Below, piece by piece: positions 34,279 to 46,984 of a stretch of 64,000 bases of DNA. Each line of letters begins with the position of its first letter. The first letter of the stretch is position 1. The stretch spans positions 124,001 through 188,000 of the forward strand of contig JADEYG010000001.1 in NCBI GenBank assembly GCA_016906335.1. The letters run 5' to 3'. Below the pieces are notes generated by a model. The model worked only from the letters and a program-made list of their open reading frames with translations. It was not told where the DNA came from and searched no databases. This DNA comes from Novakomyces olei (Eukaryota). A program made the translations under genes and the position numbers.

Positions 34279-36248
34279 TCAAAATCTACCCTCCACCATA
34301 TCCCATTCTTCGTCCAACGGTCTCTGCTGCTTGTCCGTCAAACTTGCTCTTGCCAGAGCAATCAGCTTATTACCAAACGCCAAACTGCTCCGGCTATCAC
34401 CATTCTCCTCAGACCCAATACCACTCTGTGGCCGACTGCAATATAGGTGCCGGGTAATGGGGATGGCAGTGCCCGGAGGTGCCTGATCCTTGCGCGACTG
34501 GCACCAGCCAATCACGACGCCCTTCTCTTTGTACAGTGTCCCCAATTTTGACACGGTGTTTGTAACCAGTTCTGTTTGAGCAGCGAAATGGCCATTAGCA
34601 GTCTCCTCTCCTACATCTCTGGCCGTCTTTATCGCTGGCCGCACTGGCCGCACTTGCAACTTGGCTTGCTTTATCTGCCTCTCGCCTCCTCCCTCTAACG
34701 ATTCATCCGGCTCTTGGACAAAAGCCTGCTCGTCCAACCGCCAAACTGCCTCCACAGTCTCCCGACGTCCGTCAGGTTCAATCGCACACAGCCGCAGCTC
34801 TTGTGCACCCGGGTCCAGCAGGAAAACCCTGATTATTCCTGTCGAGGTAGAGAAGGTTAAAGCAGCGGTTGCGTTCCTTTCCGACTGATAAAGCTTCAGC
34901 CGTATACACTTCTCCTGCTTGGTTTTGTCGGTAGAAAAGACGTGCAGAGTGCCATTGGCACTCTGCAGAGACACTGTCGCCCTTCGCCCAGGATTTCCGC
35001 TCTCAGGTGCCCAGGATACTGCGCAAATATGCGTGTAGCTCAGACCCCTTTGCAGGCTTCGTAGTAAAATCACCCTCCGTTGTTTTTGCAATTTTGCATA
35101 AAACAGGGATAGATCGTACACGTCTGCCCTGTCGCCACTTGCACGGGCTGCCAGTAGACAGATTCGATTGGGAGAGAAACTTAGCATTGAAACTGCGTTT
35201 CTAACGCAAAAACAACTTGCCTCTGAGGGCGAGTCTAAATTGATCAGAGCAATATATGGAGACTCGTTGCCATTGGCCATTTGCTGCTGAGTACTGCTTT
35301 CCGTATGGTTTATAGAATCTGCATGGTTTATCGCCGGTGCTTCCTCTGCCATCGATTTGAGCCAATCACGAAGCACTTGGCGACCACGATGCTGGAGGCC
35401 ATAAATCCCGTTTACTACTTCGCTGCCCAATGCTTCCTTCCACTGAGCCAAAGCCAAAGAAACTGCATGTTGACCATGGACAGCACAGAGAGAGTCGGCC
35501 CGGTCAACTTGAAGACAGTCCATACCTCGTGGACTTGAGCGGCAAAGGCAGGCCATCCAGCTGCTTCCCAGGGCTACAACCGGCTGCTCTTCCGAGTAGT
35601 AAAGGTCTAGGAAAGGCATTTGGGGTCCGCTTTTAAGGAAAATGTCTCCACGCTCGTCCATTTGTGTTGTGAAGGCCTCTACTTTATTGCGGACAATGAC
35701 ACATCGGCCGTTTTCAAGGTAAATAGCTTTTGCTGGTTTCTCCGTAAGCTTTCTGCCCGCAAATTTAGTGCTGCCGACGGTGCAGTAAAGATATAGTTCT
35801 GTGCGTGTGCACCCAGCCGCCAGCAAATAAACAGTCTTGCCGTTTATAATGCAAGTCTATTTGTTAAAATGAAAAATAATAAATAAATAAATAAATAAAT
35901 AAATACTCTTTCAATACATACGCTGGCGGTCGCAATGTAGGAATCCGACGTATCAAAAGTCGTCAATACACATATAGGAGAGACGGCTGCACGGAAAGCG
36001 AGAAAAAGCACTTTTGCGTCCAAGTGTACGGCAATATGCGTGTGGGATGCATATTGCCGACAGTATATTATAGCCGCATCTTGTTCGTCTCTCGATTCCT
36101 GTGGCGGAGACGAGCGCAGTAGCGCATTCGTAATATGAGAGGGCCACCAAGTTCTATGGTTAGCATCCTTTATTCAATCCCAATATCCTTTATTCAATCC
36201 AACTTACTCTTCGTTGAGGGGCTTTGTTGGATAAACGTATTTGGGCAT
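34279..36248 (-). CDS. Divergent WD40 beta-propeller, BCAS3/PROPPIN-like; two 5' introns
   Basis: PVVALGSSWMA, SMLSFSPN..LLAARASG, LQRGLSYTHICAVSW, SANGTLHVFS. Upstream exons from ATG 36248 splice in frame. Confidence 0.6.
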
Positions 36249-37111
36249 AAGCGGCCTAAAAGCACCTCTCCGCGGCAAAGACGAAACAAGGAGCAGCAAG
36301 GACGACGATAGAGGTAAAGACGGGTCTCAAATACAACCAAATCAGCAATGGGCCAACGAGTGCAGGACCCCTTCTTCCCGCGAGCGTAAAGAGATATGAA
36401 GCGAGAGACAGATCTAAGCGTGTTGGCCCACAGAGGGCAGAGGCGCGGCCAATGTGCGCCGTCTCCGTGTTGGATCGCGAAACCTCGTACGGCCGAGTTT
36501 GAGCGTCAACTGTTGCCGGAAAAAAGAGTCTCCGCAAGTCGCAGCCACAGTCTGTGACTTTTCTTTTCTTCTACCGAAATCGGCCCTAATTTTTCGCACA
36601 GTTTAGACGCCAGTATCGCGGTAACGCGTAAGACGACGACGACGCCAGGCGCCGAGCAGCTGCGCTCCTGATCCGGACGTCATGGTAATGTGGAGAAGTA
36701 AGCAATGCTTCCCGCAAGATATCGTGACATGGTAGCAAGTAATGATTTTATTTAAATCGGTAGACGTGATTTATTATATGTCTATTGTTATTATATGTCT
36801 ATTATTGTATGCAGATCTGTCTCGTAATTGTGGCGCGTTTATTACGGGCCGCCAGTCGTAGGGTGGAACACGTACGGGCGCGTATTAAAACTAGAAAAAG
36901 CAGGAATTACGGTATTACCTGGCGATTACAGTATTACTTGAGTTACCTGACAATACAGTATTACTTGCATATTGTAGTAGATATAGCAACGGGCCCCGTG
37001 CGTAAAACTTTTCGGCGCCCTCAATACGAGAATACTGACTCATTCGTCCAGCGCGTGGACGGGTCGGCGACAGTATCGAGGGCGATATTCCCTTTCTTCC
37101 ATGTATAAGAG

Positions 37112-38364
37112 ATGGCAGTCTGGTACTTTACAGCCAACGATTTACGGCATACGCCGTCGTGGGTAGACGGACTGACGGCCGACGAAGAGGCGCGTAATCG
37201 CGCAAAGGGCGTCAATTTCATATTTGCTATTGCCATGCGGCTTAAACTGTGAGAACCGTACTTTCTGTCCGCACTCGTCTAACACAGCTTTGTGCAGTCC
37301 GCAAATAACAATGTCAACCGCGGCAGTTTACTTTCACCGGTTCTATACAAAATTCTCATTTAAACGATACCCTTATTTTGTAAGTTTTTCAAAAGACGAG
37401 ATCAAGCGGCCATACAGGATATTGAACGTATCTGACCGTTTTCGCAGGATATTGCAGCGACCTGCCTTTTCCTCGCTACTAAAGTAGAAGAATCAGTGCG
37501 CCGGCTGAAGGATATAGTCACGATTGCTGCCAGACTTGCACAGAAAAACATGGCTCTCGTAATCGACGAGCAATCACGAGAGTATTGGCGCTGGCGCGAT
37601 ACTATTCTGTATACTGAAGAACTTGTCCTGGAGGCGATCTGTTTTGATTTGTCAATCAAGCATCCTTACCAGGAGACTGTCAACCTTGTCTCCAAGTTTG
37701 CACCTGGACAGAAACCCGTGGCTAAAAGAGCCTGGGCTTTTATCAACGATATGCTTCGATCTACTATTTGTCTGCAATACAAGCCGCGAATGATCGCAGC
37801 TGCCGCTTTTTATTTAGCTCTAAAGCGGTCTGGTATTGACGTCAATTCTGGCGTTGCTGAAGAATGGCACCGCATGATTGATGCTGAATTTGAAGATATC
37901 AAGGGTATGCTTCTTTATTAATTCTTAATTGCGATTTAAATTGTTTTATTTTTTTTCTGCCTTTCTTAGACTATTGTTGGCCCCACTCTCTGTACTCTAT
38001 ACAAACCCCAATCGTCTGCAGACCGCTGATGTCAGATCTATTGGAAACGTTATTCACACAATACCGTCGGCTGCCACAGGATAGCGGCACTTCTTTAATA
38101 CGTCATGTTTTTGGTGACGATGCTGCACAGAGTCCTAGTGCAGCTGATTCTCCAGCTGCTGATACGAACGCTGTTGAGAAACGGCCTTCCGAGCAAGACG
38201 AGTCGACGCCTCAATTTTCGACGGAAAAAAAGATTCGTATGGAGGATTACAAAGCAGCAAGAGCTGCCGCTGCTGCCGCTGCTTCTGCAGGTACAGGAGG
38301 AAACGAGAATGGCCCTTTCTCACAGGAGGCAGAAGTACCACTCTCAAAATTGGACTCTGCATAG
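37112..38364 (+). CDS. Transcriptional cyclin (cyclin T/K, Pch1-like), multi-exon
   Basis: WYFT..L..TPS..DG, RAKGVNFI, LKLPQITMSTAAVYFHRFY, FLATKVEE, WRWRDTILYTEE, FDLSIKHPY. Confidence 0.9.
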
Positions 38365-39186
38365 ACGGAAAAGGCCTTTTATACCCGCCCACCTTTTCGA
38401 TGATGTTGTACAGCTAAATATTTTTGATATATATTTGATTTAGAGTACTAAAAGGATAACTAGTGGAAATTAGAATCTATATAAAACAAGAATAGGTTTG
38501 AAACTAGAATCAGTTCAAACCTAAATGAATTTTAACTGAAAGTCAGTTTAAACCTGGCATAAATAAAAAGAACAAATGGCAAGGGGCTCTTGGCTCTTTA
38601 GAGTCTGATAGAGCTTAACATTAATTAAGATTAAACGATTAGAAGCCAATCAAACAATGGTTTCATTTGCGCGAAACTCGGATTGGGTGAAAATACAATA
38701 GTTTTCAAAACACGAGCAAAGATTTTGAATGTACTCGACTACAATGCAAAATGATGCTGCAGTCCAAGATGTATTAGGAAATATGAATTATATTCAACGA
38801 TAAAGTCAAACGAATAAACTAATGCAACGCAATCTATGATAAAACCATCGGCAATTTAAACCTTATACTTCCACTAATGCTCCTCGTTGGTCCTCCAGCA
38901 ACCCTTGTGCGATACACAAACTGATAAGAATATAATACTAATAAAACACGTAAAATAAATCACAATTCAAGCGTTTGTGTTCAATAAAATCCGAATGCAC
39001 AATGCCAGGACGGTAAAAAAAAAAGTCAACTAATGCATTACATAAACAAGTCTTTCTCACAGAGAAGCACTCAAGAGACAATGTTGAAGAACGCAATCGA
39101 GTATGGCGTTCATATCCAATATGTTCCATAAACGAGACCTCAAAAAGCAAATAAATAAACAAACAGAAATACAGATAGTCAAAATA

Positions 39187-42100
39187 TCACAAAAAGTTTT
39201 GCCCTCTATAATAATGCATTCGATTATCGCCCCCGACAGAATCATTATCAAACTCGTTATGAGGCAAAAGCTCTTGGACATCGCTTTCCTGTTCACCGGC
39301 CCACTGTGGTCGCCCCATAACAGGCAGTGGTCGGTCGATAGTTGAGTTTGTACGGTATCTATCAATATTTAACCCTAACCCTTGGTCTCCCTCTCTCCCT
39401 GATCCGTAAGGGAACGGGTACTCGCGTTCGTTTGTAAATGACTGAGCCGAAGGAGAAAAATCCTGAGCAAATGCGCGCCTGACGGGTGGTTTCCAATCAT
39501 CATACATTGGCGCCAACTCGTACTCTTCTTCTTTGTTTTTATACAATTTTTTATTATCATTACAATTGTAATTATTTGCACTGCCTGCATGTCCGATATC
39601 GTCACCATACTTCAATGACATATCGTCCTGGCCTACCGGTTTCCGAGCAAAAGAACCGGAAATTGGATTAGTAATAGTGTAAGTTTCTGTATGATTTTCT
39701 TCCAGGTCCTCCAGCACCTTTGTACTACCAATCTGCTCAGCCGTGTGCAGTTCAGCATCGTCTACAATCTCAAACTTTTCCGCCAGCGGAACCTGAGCGA
39801 AACTGGATTTTGCCGAACTGGATACAGTTTCATTTTCGCCATTTTGAATTCCATATTCTCGTAAAAGCTGCTCTAATAGGGGCTGGAATTCTTTTTTAAC
39901 CATCGGGACAAGCAAAGGCTCTGTCATGGCCGCATGGCCATACCTTGCAAGCACAAAGTTCTTTTCGTCAAATGGAGAAGAATCTCTTGTCGAGCTTTGC
40001 GGTTGCCCATCCCGGTCCTCGAGCTTTTCGCTGTAATAATCAAATTCTGGTTGAAGCGTTCTATATGTATAGTATTTGAAGACGGGCCAAACGAGCAGGA
40101 GGGGAAGCACACAGTATGCGCGCCAGCGCGCATCGTTTGATCGCATGAAAATCACGAGAAAATGAATGACCGTGGCAAACATCATAGCAAAAATAACCCG
40201 ATTAAAACCCATCTAACAGACAATTAATATTGAACTAACCTTTATTTATTTATTTTTTGCTTATTGTTTTTTATATTGCTTTTTCAATTGTTGTTGTTCT
40301 TTTTTCAACTTTTTTTTTTGAGCAAATTCATTTGTAAATATATTATTTTTATGTTTTGTATCATTATTTTACTATTTTTCCTCATCATGAGCATTCTTTT
40401 TTTATCATACCTTCCAGAACGTGCCGCCTGTTTCGATCTTTGTTATATATACGTAGTATAAACAGTATTTGGTGGTGAAACCACTAATGATGAAGAATAA
40501 TGCACAAAAGGGTAAGACTAATGGCGCCACGACAGAATACGAAAAAGCAATAGTTGCATAGAAAAGAAACTGTTTGCGTTAGCAAAAGCACGACAGAAAT
40601 TTTTCAATTTTCACTTTACGTTATTGTAAAACACGGAGTATAAAAATGGCGGTGGGCTGCTCCATTCAATCACGTCGCGCGGCGTCGCACCGGAGAAGAC
40701 TCGATTCCACAAGCGTAAAAGAATATTTACAATTTGTGACATTTGCAAAAAACAGGACACGTATCTGCGTGAATGAGTCATCTGAAATTCCGACACAAGA
40801 AACAAAAGTATAGATTCTCAAGTCAAACTTACTGCTGAGCAATATACATAATCCAAAACGCATTGGTTGACACAATGCCATCGGCAATACTTGACGCGTA
40901 ACCGAAGTTACGTACTGTATCCCACCAGCTGCTGCCACCGCCATTTCTTTGCGAATATATGGCTTGTGTCACAACGTTCCATATTGTTTGGATAAGAGTG
41001 AAAAGGACAAGGTTATTGAACACGCTGCAATTAGTATGTCTGGATAAAATAATGGATATTTTAGTTTTGTGAAATGCATAGTATATAACGATATACGTAA
41101 CCAATAATCAGATAATTGTACAAATAATATAAAATATGAAAAATAAACCACAAAAAGATTTATAATCATAATAACAATTATTATAATTATAATCATGATA
41201 AAAATGATAATAATAATTACTATTATTATAATTATAAAAATAATTCCAATATGATTGGAGATGATGACTTTGATATTGAGAAACACGAGACATGTGAAAA
41301 TTAAGGGCACTTACAAGAAGAAATACAGTTTGTGTAAAACGGCCTTTTCTCTAGAAGACTTTGTAAAATCTCCTTGCCATGCACTTAACCGGCGCATAAT
41401 AACAGGAAGCACGGCAAAAAACAAGTTCAAAACAATCGGAGCCGCTATACCCTGAATGAGGGCCCATAATGTAGTATGGCGTTGCAATTCGCGGTTAAAA
41501 GTAGGCGAAAGATCCCCAATGTTGGAAATATTTGCGAGAAATGTCGCAATCAGTGCCGAAGGCACTACCCACGCAATTGACAGGGCAAAAAAAAGCAAAT
41601 TACCGGTGTGACGATTTCGATGTCGCTGGAGTCGTGGCATTTCTATATTGGTCCAAAGAGCATCTTTGCTGGCCGGTGCCAGGCCGACAGTGGGACTAGC
41701 CTGCTTATTTTCCTTGGCCACAAGGTGGGCAACAGCGATTTCGTCGTACAAAACAAACCCGTATTTCTGCAAGCCCAGCATGTCAATATTGGAGCGAGCC
41801 GCTTCGACTCGCTCCGCCAGTTGTGCGGCTCGGGAAAGCAGCTTTCGTGCTTGAGAAAACTCCTTTACCCCGTAAGAATTAAAGAGTCCGTCCTTCGTGG
41901 CGGTACGACGAAAGTAGGTGTTTAGGACACGTTCCAGCTGCCTGACAACATCATTGTGCTGATCAACAAGACCACAAATCCCACCAACGTCTCGTCCGAG
42001 TGCCGTTTGCCGGATATGCTGAGACTGACCAAATTTACGAGCAATTTCATGAAAAGCAGAACTGTTACGCTGCGCCTTTGCCACGTCTGTAACGAGTAGA

Positions 42101-42747
42101 GTACGGGCGTGCAGTGACCGTGTATACTCTGAAGAGGCAAAATAGGCTCTTCGCAGCCTCAGCATTTTGCGATACGTATTGAGCAAGACGGCCATGACAA
42201 AGAGGGAGATGGCCCAGGACATTGTAACATGCGCCCACAGCCAGCTGCCCGTGACCGTCTGTATGGACAGCATTGCCAGAGGATTGTGGCGGGCCATTTC
42301 GTTTTGCGAGGCTCTAGAGTGCCTTGTGGACAGATAGTTTAGCGGTAGAAGAACAGACGCGGTTACGAGGGACAGTACGGCAAATACAAGTCTCATCATC
42401 CCAACAAACGCTAAAAGAGTGGCCGCATCAGTGCCAATGCGAGAGATTGTGGCCTCGTTTAACGGCGTTAGTAAAGGCCTCACCCACGAAAGAGGTCCGC
42501 GTCCAGGCAGCGGCAGTCTTTTGTCCTTAGCCGCGTACTTTTCCCGTGGAGCAAATATAGCATTGTGCCTAGGGCGTAGAAGGCAGAAAAACAGTAAAAG
42601 AACCGTGCAAAAAACGACAGAATAGCCCAATGACGAGAGAATTGCATTGCGTGAGAAATTGCCGTGTGTCTTTGAGGATTCTTGGATTTTGTTCAATGCA
42701 TCGTTGAGTCCCCCACCCGTATCCGCTCGTGGCAGGATTGCTGCCAT
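39187..42747 (-). CDS. OSCA/TMEM63 (CSC1/RSN1, DUF221) calcium-permeable channel, multi-exon
   Basis: LLRPRHNAIFAPR, SLHARTLLVTD, LAPASKDALWTN, VLHKLYFFFVFNN, TPRDVIEWSSPPPF, KIETGGTFW. Confidence 0.9.
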
Positions 42748-43534
42748 TGTTCAAAAGTGCAGCTGTTCTTACGCGTTTTTTACCCCGATCGATTCGGCAA
42801 TGCCCGTTTCGACTGCCGGTCTCGACTAGTGCCGTAGCGCGGGGCGCACACAAAGAAAAAAATGGCCAAATACTCGGAGTCTCCCAAGATGAGCACAGAT
42901 ACAAGCAAAGGCTCAATTGCGGTCTTGTGCCATTTGCTTTGTATATATCACGTGTATAAAATGCGTAAAATGTCCACAAGTATAATGGACACAAGGGACT
43001 ACTATACACACTGAATATACTTCGTACGATATACTATTAAATAACGAATTAATTATATTGCTCCAGCGTTGGCTGACAGCGAGGCGCGTACAATTAATTA
43101 ATATACGGCTTATTACCTAAGACATTTGTCAGATCCTCGTTGGCTTTTAACATTGGGGCTGGCGGCTATGATATACAAGTAATAATGCCGTCAGTGGAAG
43201 GAAAAGGGGCCAATTATTACATTATTTTATGAGCGTAATTGCTGTATGTTGTTGGGACAAACGTGCAAGTAAGCTTTGGGTAGGATAAAAGGTCTATGAC
43301 AGATGTCCGTGTAAAAAGCCTGTTCTCGCAATATTTTGTATGTATATATAATTCATTTACATATATACCATATATACGTTTAACACACACACATATATAC
43401 TCACATGTATATACTCACACATATCTATATATACAGATATCTATCTATATATATATATATGAGCTTGCTAATAAAATATTGTATGGCACTATAAGCCGGT
43501 CGCATTAAAATCTGTGTAAAAAAAATCTACCACC

Positions 43535-43843
43535 ATGGCTCCTCCTCAGACGATGGGCGTTGGCCGCGGACCTCAACCTTCCGATAATCGGATAGTCGCT
43601 GCGTTCAAGACTGCATTTTCACCCGAAAATTCAAGCCTTACTTGGGCCCTGGTTGCCTTTGCCGTACGCTGATAATGCTTATATTTAGTCTTTATTGGTT
43701 CATTTAGATCTTTACGTTCCTTTCACATTGTTCTAACTTACAGGCCGGAGTTGCTTTCCTACAGTCGCCAGCTCGTGAAGCATTAGTGTAAGCTTTTAAT
43801 CGCTCTCCAAACCCCCTTTCTGACCGTTTCCAGATTGGCTTAG
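43535..43843 (+). CDS. TOM6: Mitochondrial import receptor subunit Tom6 (exons 43535-43663, 43744-43787, 43834-43843; 60 aa)
   Basis: Spliced MAPPQTMG...FSPENSSLTWALVAFAAGVAFLQSPAREALVLA*. Introns are canonical. Absent from the ORF track. Confidence 0.75.
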
Positions 43844-44310
43844 GACACACTGTTTATGTGGGAGGATGTTTGAAAACGGACAATATTTGAACAAATCAGT
43901 TTATCTTTATCGGCCCGGCCTACTTTGCAACAAGGACGATGATTTGGATATGTACACTGGAATAAGCATGTCCTAAAGTCAATGTTGCTTCTAAATAAGC
44001 TCAACATTTTCGATATTGAATTAAATGTCTAGCAATACTTCAATCTTATCGCTATATATTTTACTAGGCTTTTGTCGTTTGTCCCACTGCAGTATAGTTA
44101 TAGAATCAATAGACTCGGGAACCGCGCTCTATTTGCCGCTTTGCTTGCTTTTATAGTAATTCCATTGTTTGTGCTTCTCTAGAATCAGACTGTTCGCTCT
44201 ACAAGATCTCTCTACCAATTGAAGAATTGAATCAAGCAGCCCTTTATGCCCTTCCTTCTATTTAATCATGATGTAATACGAATGACGATCTAGTAGTCTA
44301 TAAATCTTCA

Positions 44311-45443
44311 TCAAGTCAGGGTGGCCTTTCTGAACCACGATTTAGCGACCTCATAACTCCCCAAGTACAGGCCGAGACCGAGTCCCGTCCAAGTTGCTCT
44401 AAGCAACCCTCCTGTCATTAACCCGCGTATTCCTGCTTCCCTGTACACACGGGCAAACATACCGGTCACTGATACGTCGCCGCGCCTTGAGAGCATCAAA
44501 CGCGTCTTTACCACGTCAATTGGTGTGGTCAAAAGAGCAGCCGTACTTCCTGAAGCAGCTGCACACGCTCCACTCTGAAACCCGGAAAGCCTCTCCACAT
44601 TTTGCCCATTGTAACGCGCATAACGGCGCCTTAGATCCTCGTATAGTACAAATTGCAGAGCTGTTACTGGCACATTTCTCAGCACCATACCATTAAACCC
44701 GGCGATTAATGCCCCCCATCTTTTATTAATACTTCCTGTCAGGAAAAGCGTACGTAACTCCTGCAGCGGAGAGTTTCTGCTAGTCTGACTTCTTTGCTTC
44801 GCCAGTTCTGCGGGTGCAAGTACTACACAGGACAACACTTCTGCCGTTGAGGACGATGCAATATGGTTTAATGGTCCTGTAAGAGGCAGTTTGTCCTTAA
44901 GGTTCTCGTACGAATAAAAAAACACAGCCGCTTTTAATTAGAACTGTTCATAATTTATTCGGAAACAAAACTTGCACCAATTCTTGCGGGCTTCTCTTGA
45001 TCGTTCCGGTTTATTTATTTATTTATTTATTTATTATTTATTCATTCTTTAGCTTTTTTTTCCCTATTCATTTATTCTTTTTCCTGTCAGTTCATCGTCC
45101 ATTTGCTTTTTGATTATGGCTTTTCCCTATTATTCAAAAAAAGAGCAATTATACGCCCCTTCACCAACTTACCTGACGGAATCGTCGTGACAAACACGAG
45201 AGAAACGCCTCTGTAAAGACCGGTCAAGCCGCCATTACCGCTAATCCCTCCGACTGCTTGACGGCGAGTCTTTATCGTATCCAGTGGATATCTGAGCATT
45301 AGACAATCTTAATTAAATAATTCCATACACGGCCGCATCGCAAATTGCACCAGCACAGGCTCCTGCCTACAGTTTAACGGCTCATTCGTCAATTAAGAGC
45401 GCAGACTTACCACGAGCGACCGCCAGCTCGTATCGTTAGCCAT
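44311..45443 (-). CDS. SAM5: Mitochondrial carrier, SAM carrier (Sam5/Pet8)-like, 4 exons
   Basis: AGACAGAICD, YPLDTIKTR, GLYRG, PAELAKQR, TPIDVVKTRLM. Confidence 0.75.
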
Positions 45444-45843
45444 ATGACGTTGTATTATATATTCAAAGCTTGCCACTAGTATTGAGCATCAATATTCTAC
45501 AGCGTAATCGTCTAGGGTTAGGGTTAGGGTTAATATTGGATAAATGTCTGGCAGACGAGTCCATGGATTTTGTGCCGTGGCGTGGGCGAGTGTTGTGCTT
45601 ACTGTCAGTATGGAAATACCCCTATATTCGTTGCGGGTCAACAGTACCTGAAATATACGACTGATTGGCATTAATGTATTCTCAAATATAGCTCACAATC
45701 ACAGCTATGCACAACTAGTAAATACAACACAAAATAAACACCGTGCATAAAAAATAAAATAAAAGGTATGAAATAGAATAAAATCATAAACAGTGAAACT
45801 GGCCGTGTAACGAGTGGGGTATTCAACTATTGCCGTGTTTGCG

Positions 45844-46943
45844 TCAACTGCGTTCCGTTGTGTACCGCGGATGGCAAAGGAACCGCGGCCATTCGATTTG
45901 TAACAAAGGGGCGTCCATTTTATCGAAATCGTCAACTCCGGATCTCTGACCTGAAGACAATACAGTGGTCCCTGTACGGCGATACTCACGTGCACGTGAG
46001 GCTGGAGCATTTGCGGCCGGTGCTGCAAATGCATTTTGTGGCTCTTGTGAAGAGGCCGCAGGATTGGAAGGAGGCCCCATTGATCCTGAGAGTCTACTGG
46101 TGGCCGAGTGCCTTTGCGCCTGGAAAGAATCGTACTCCAAAACGACATGAGCCCATTCGGCAAGAGAGCGGCCGGCATACTGGCTGCGACGTGTTTGCAG
46201 TGCACAACTTGCACGTACTTTATCAAGCAATCTTGTCTGCGCTGGTGAAAGCGTGGCCCCCACCAGGTCGTCAGGTTGGCCCCCACCAGAGCCATGCCCC
46301 GAATTATCACGAGCCTCATACGCCTGAGCCAGTACTCCCTCAACGTCCTTGGGCAAAATGCCCATGGCCGACCGCTCCATGAGCTGGACGTACTTGGCCG
46401 GTGGAAAAGTAAAGTCAGCGGGTCTTCGCTGCTTGCAGCTTTCCAGGGCAAACTTGTACCCTAACGGCTTCCCAGCATCAGACGGCTCACTGCCGGCCGG
46501 ATACGATCCTCTTCGTTCATTGCTAAAGGCAAAAGTGCGAGGATTTTCAGTGGAGGAAAAGGAAGAAGAGGAGGAGGGAACAGCACTTTGATTTGAGGGC
46601 CCAGAGTAGTGGCGAGACCAGCCCGACTCTGACGCAAGCCTTGAACCTTCTATCCCACTCCCGTTTCCTGAGCCAATAGCAGCAGCTGCTGCTGCTGCTG
46701 CTGCAAAATGAGGAGCAGAAATGGGGGTCGGATCGGGTACAAATGTACTCCTCAGCCTCATAATGCCTTTCATCAGATTGCCTCCAAACCCGGATTCGTT
46801 TGAGGCACGTGTGTTTGAAATCATATCGTCCTCTTCCGCATCTGCTCCCATTGCCTCTTCCAGTGCGGAGGGGGACAATGGCAAATTGGCCCCCACTACA
46901 CTACCGGCTCCATGGCTGGCCCCCACATTAACTCCTCCTCCAC

Positions 46944-46984
<41 letters not shown>

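Noticed and set aside
40969-41310. Ile-rich ORFs
   Set aside because: They come from AAT/ATT repeats inside an OSCA gene intron.
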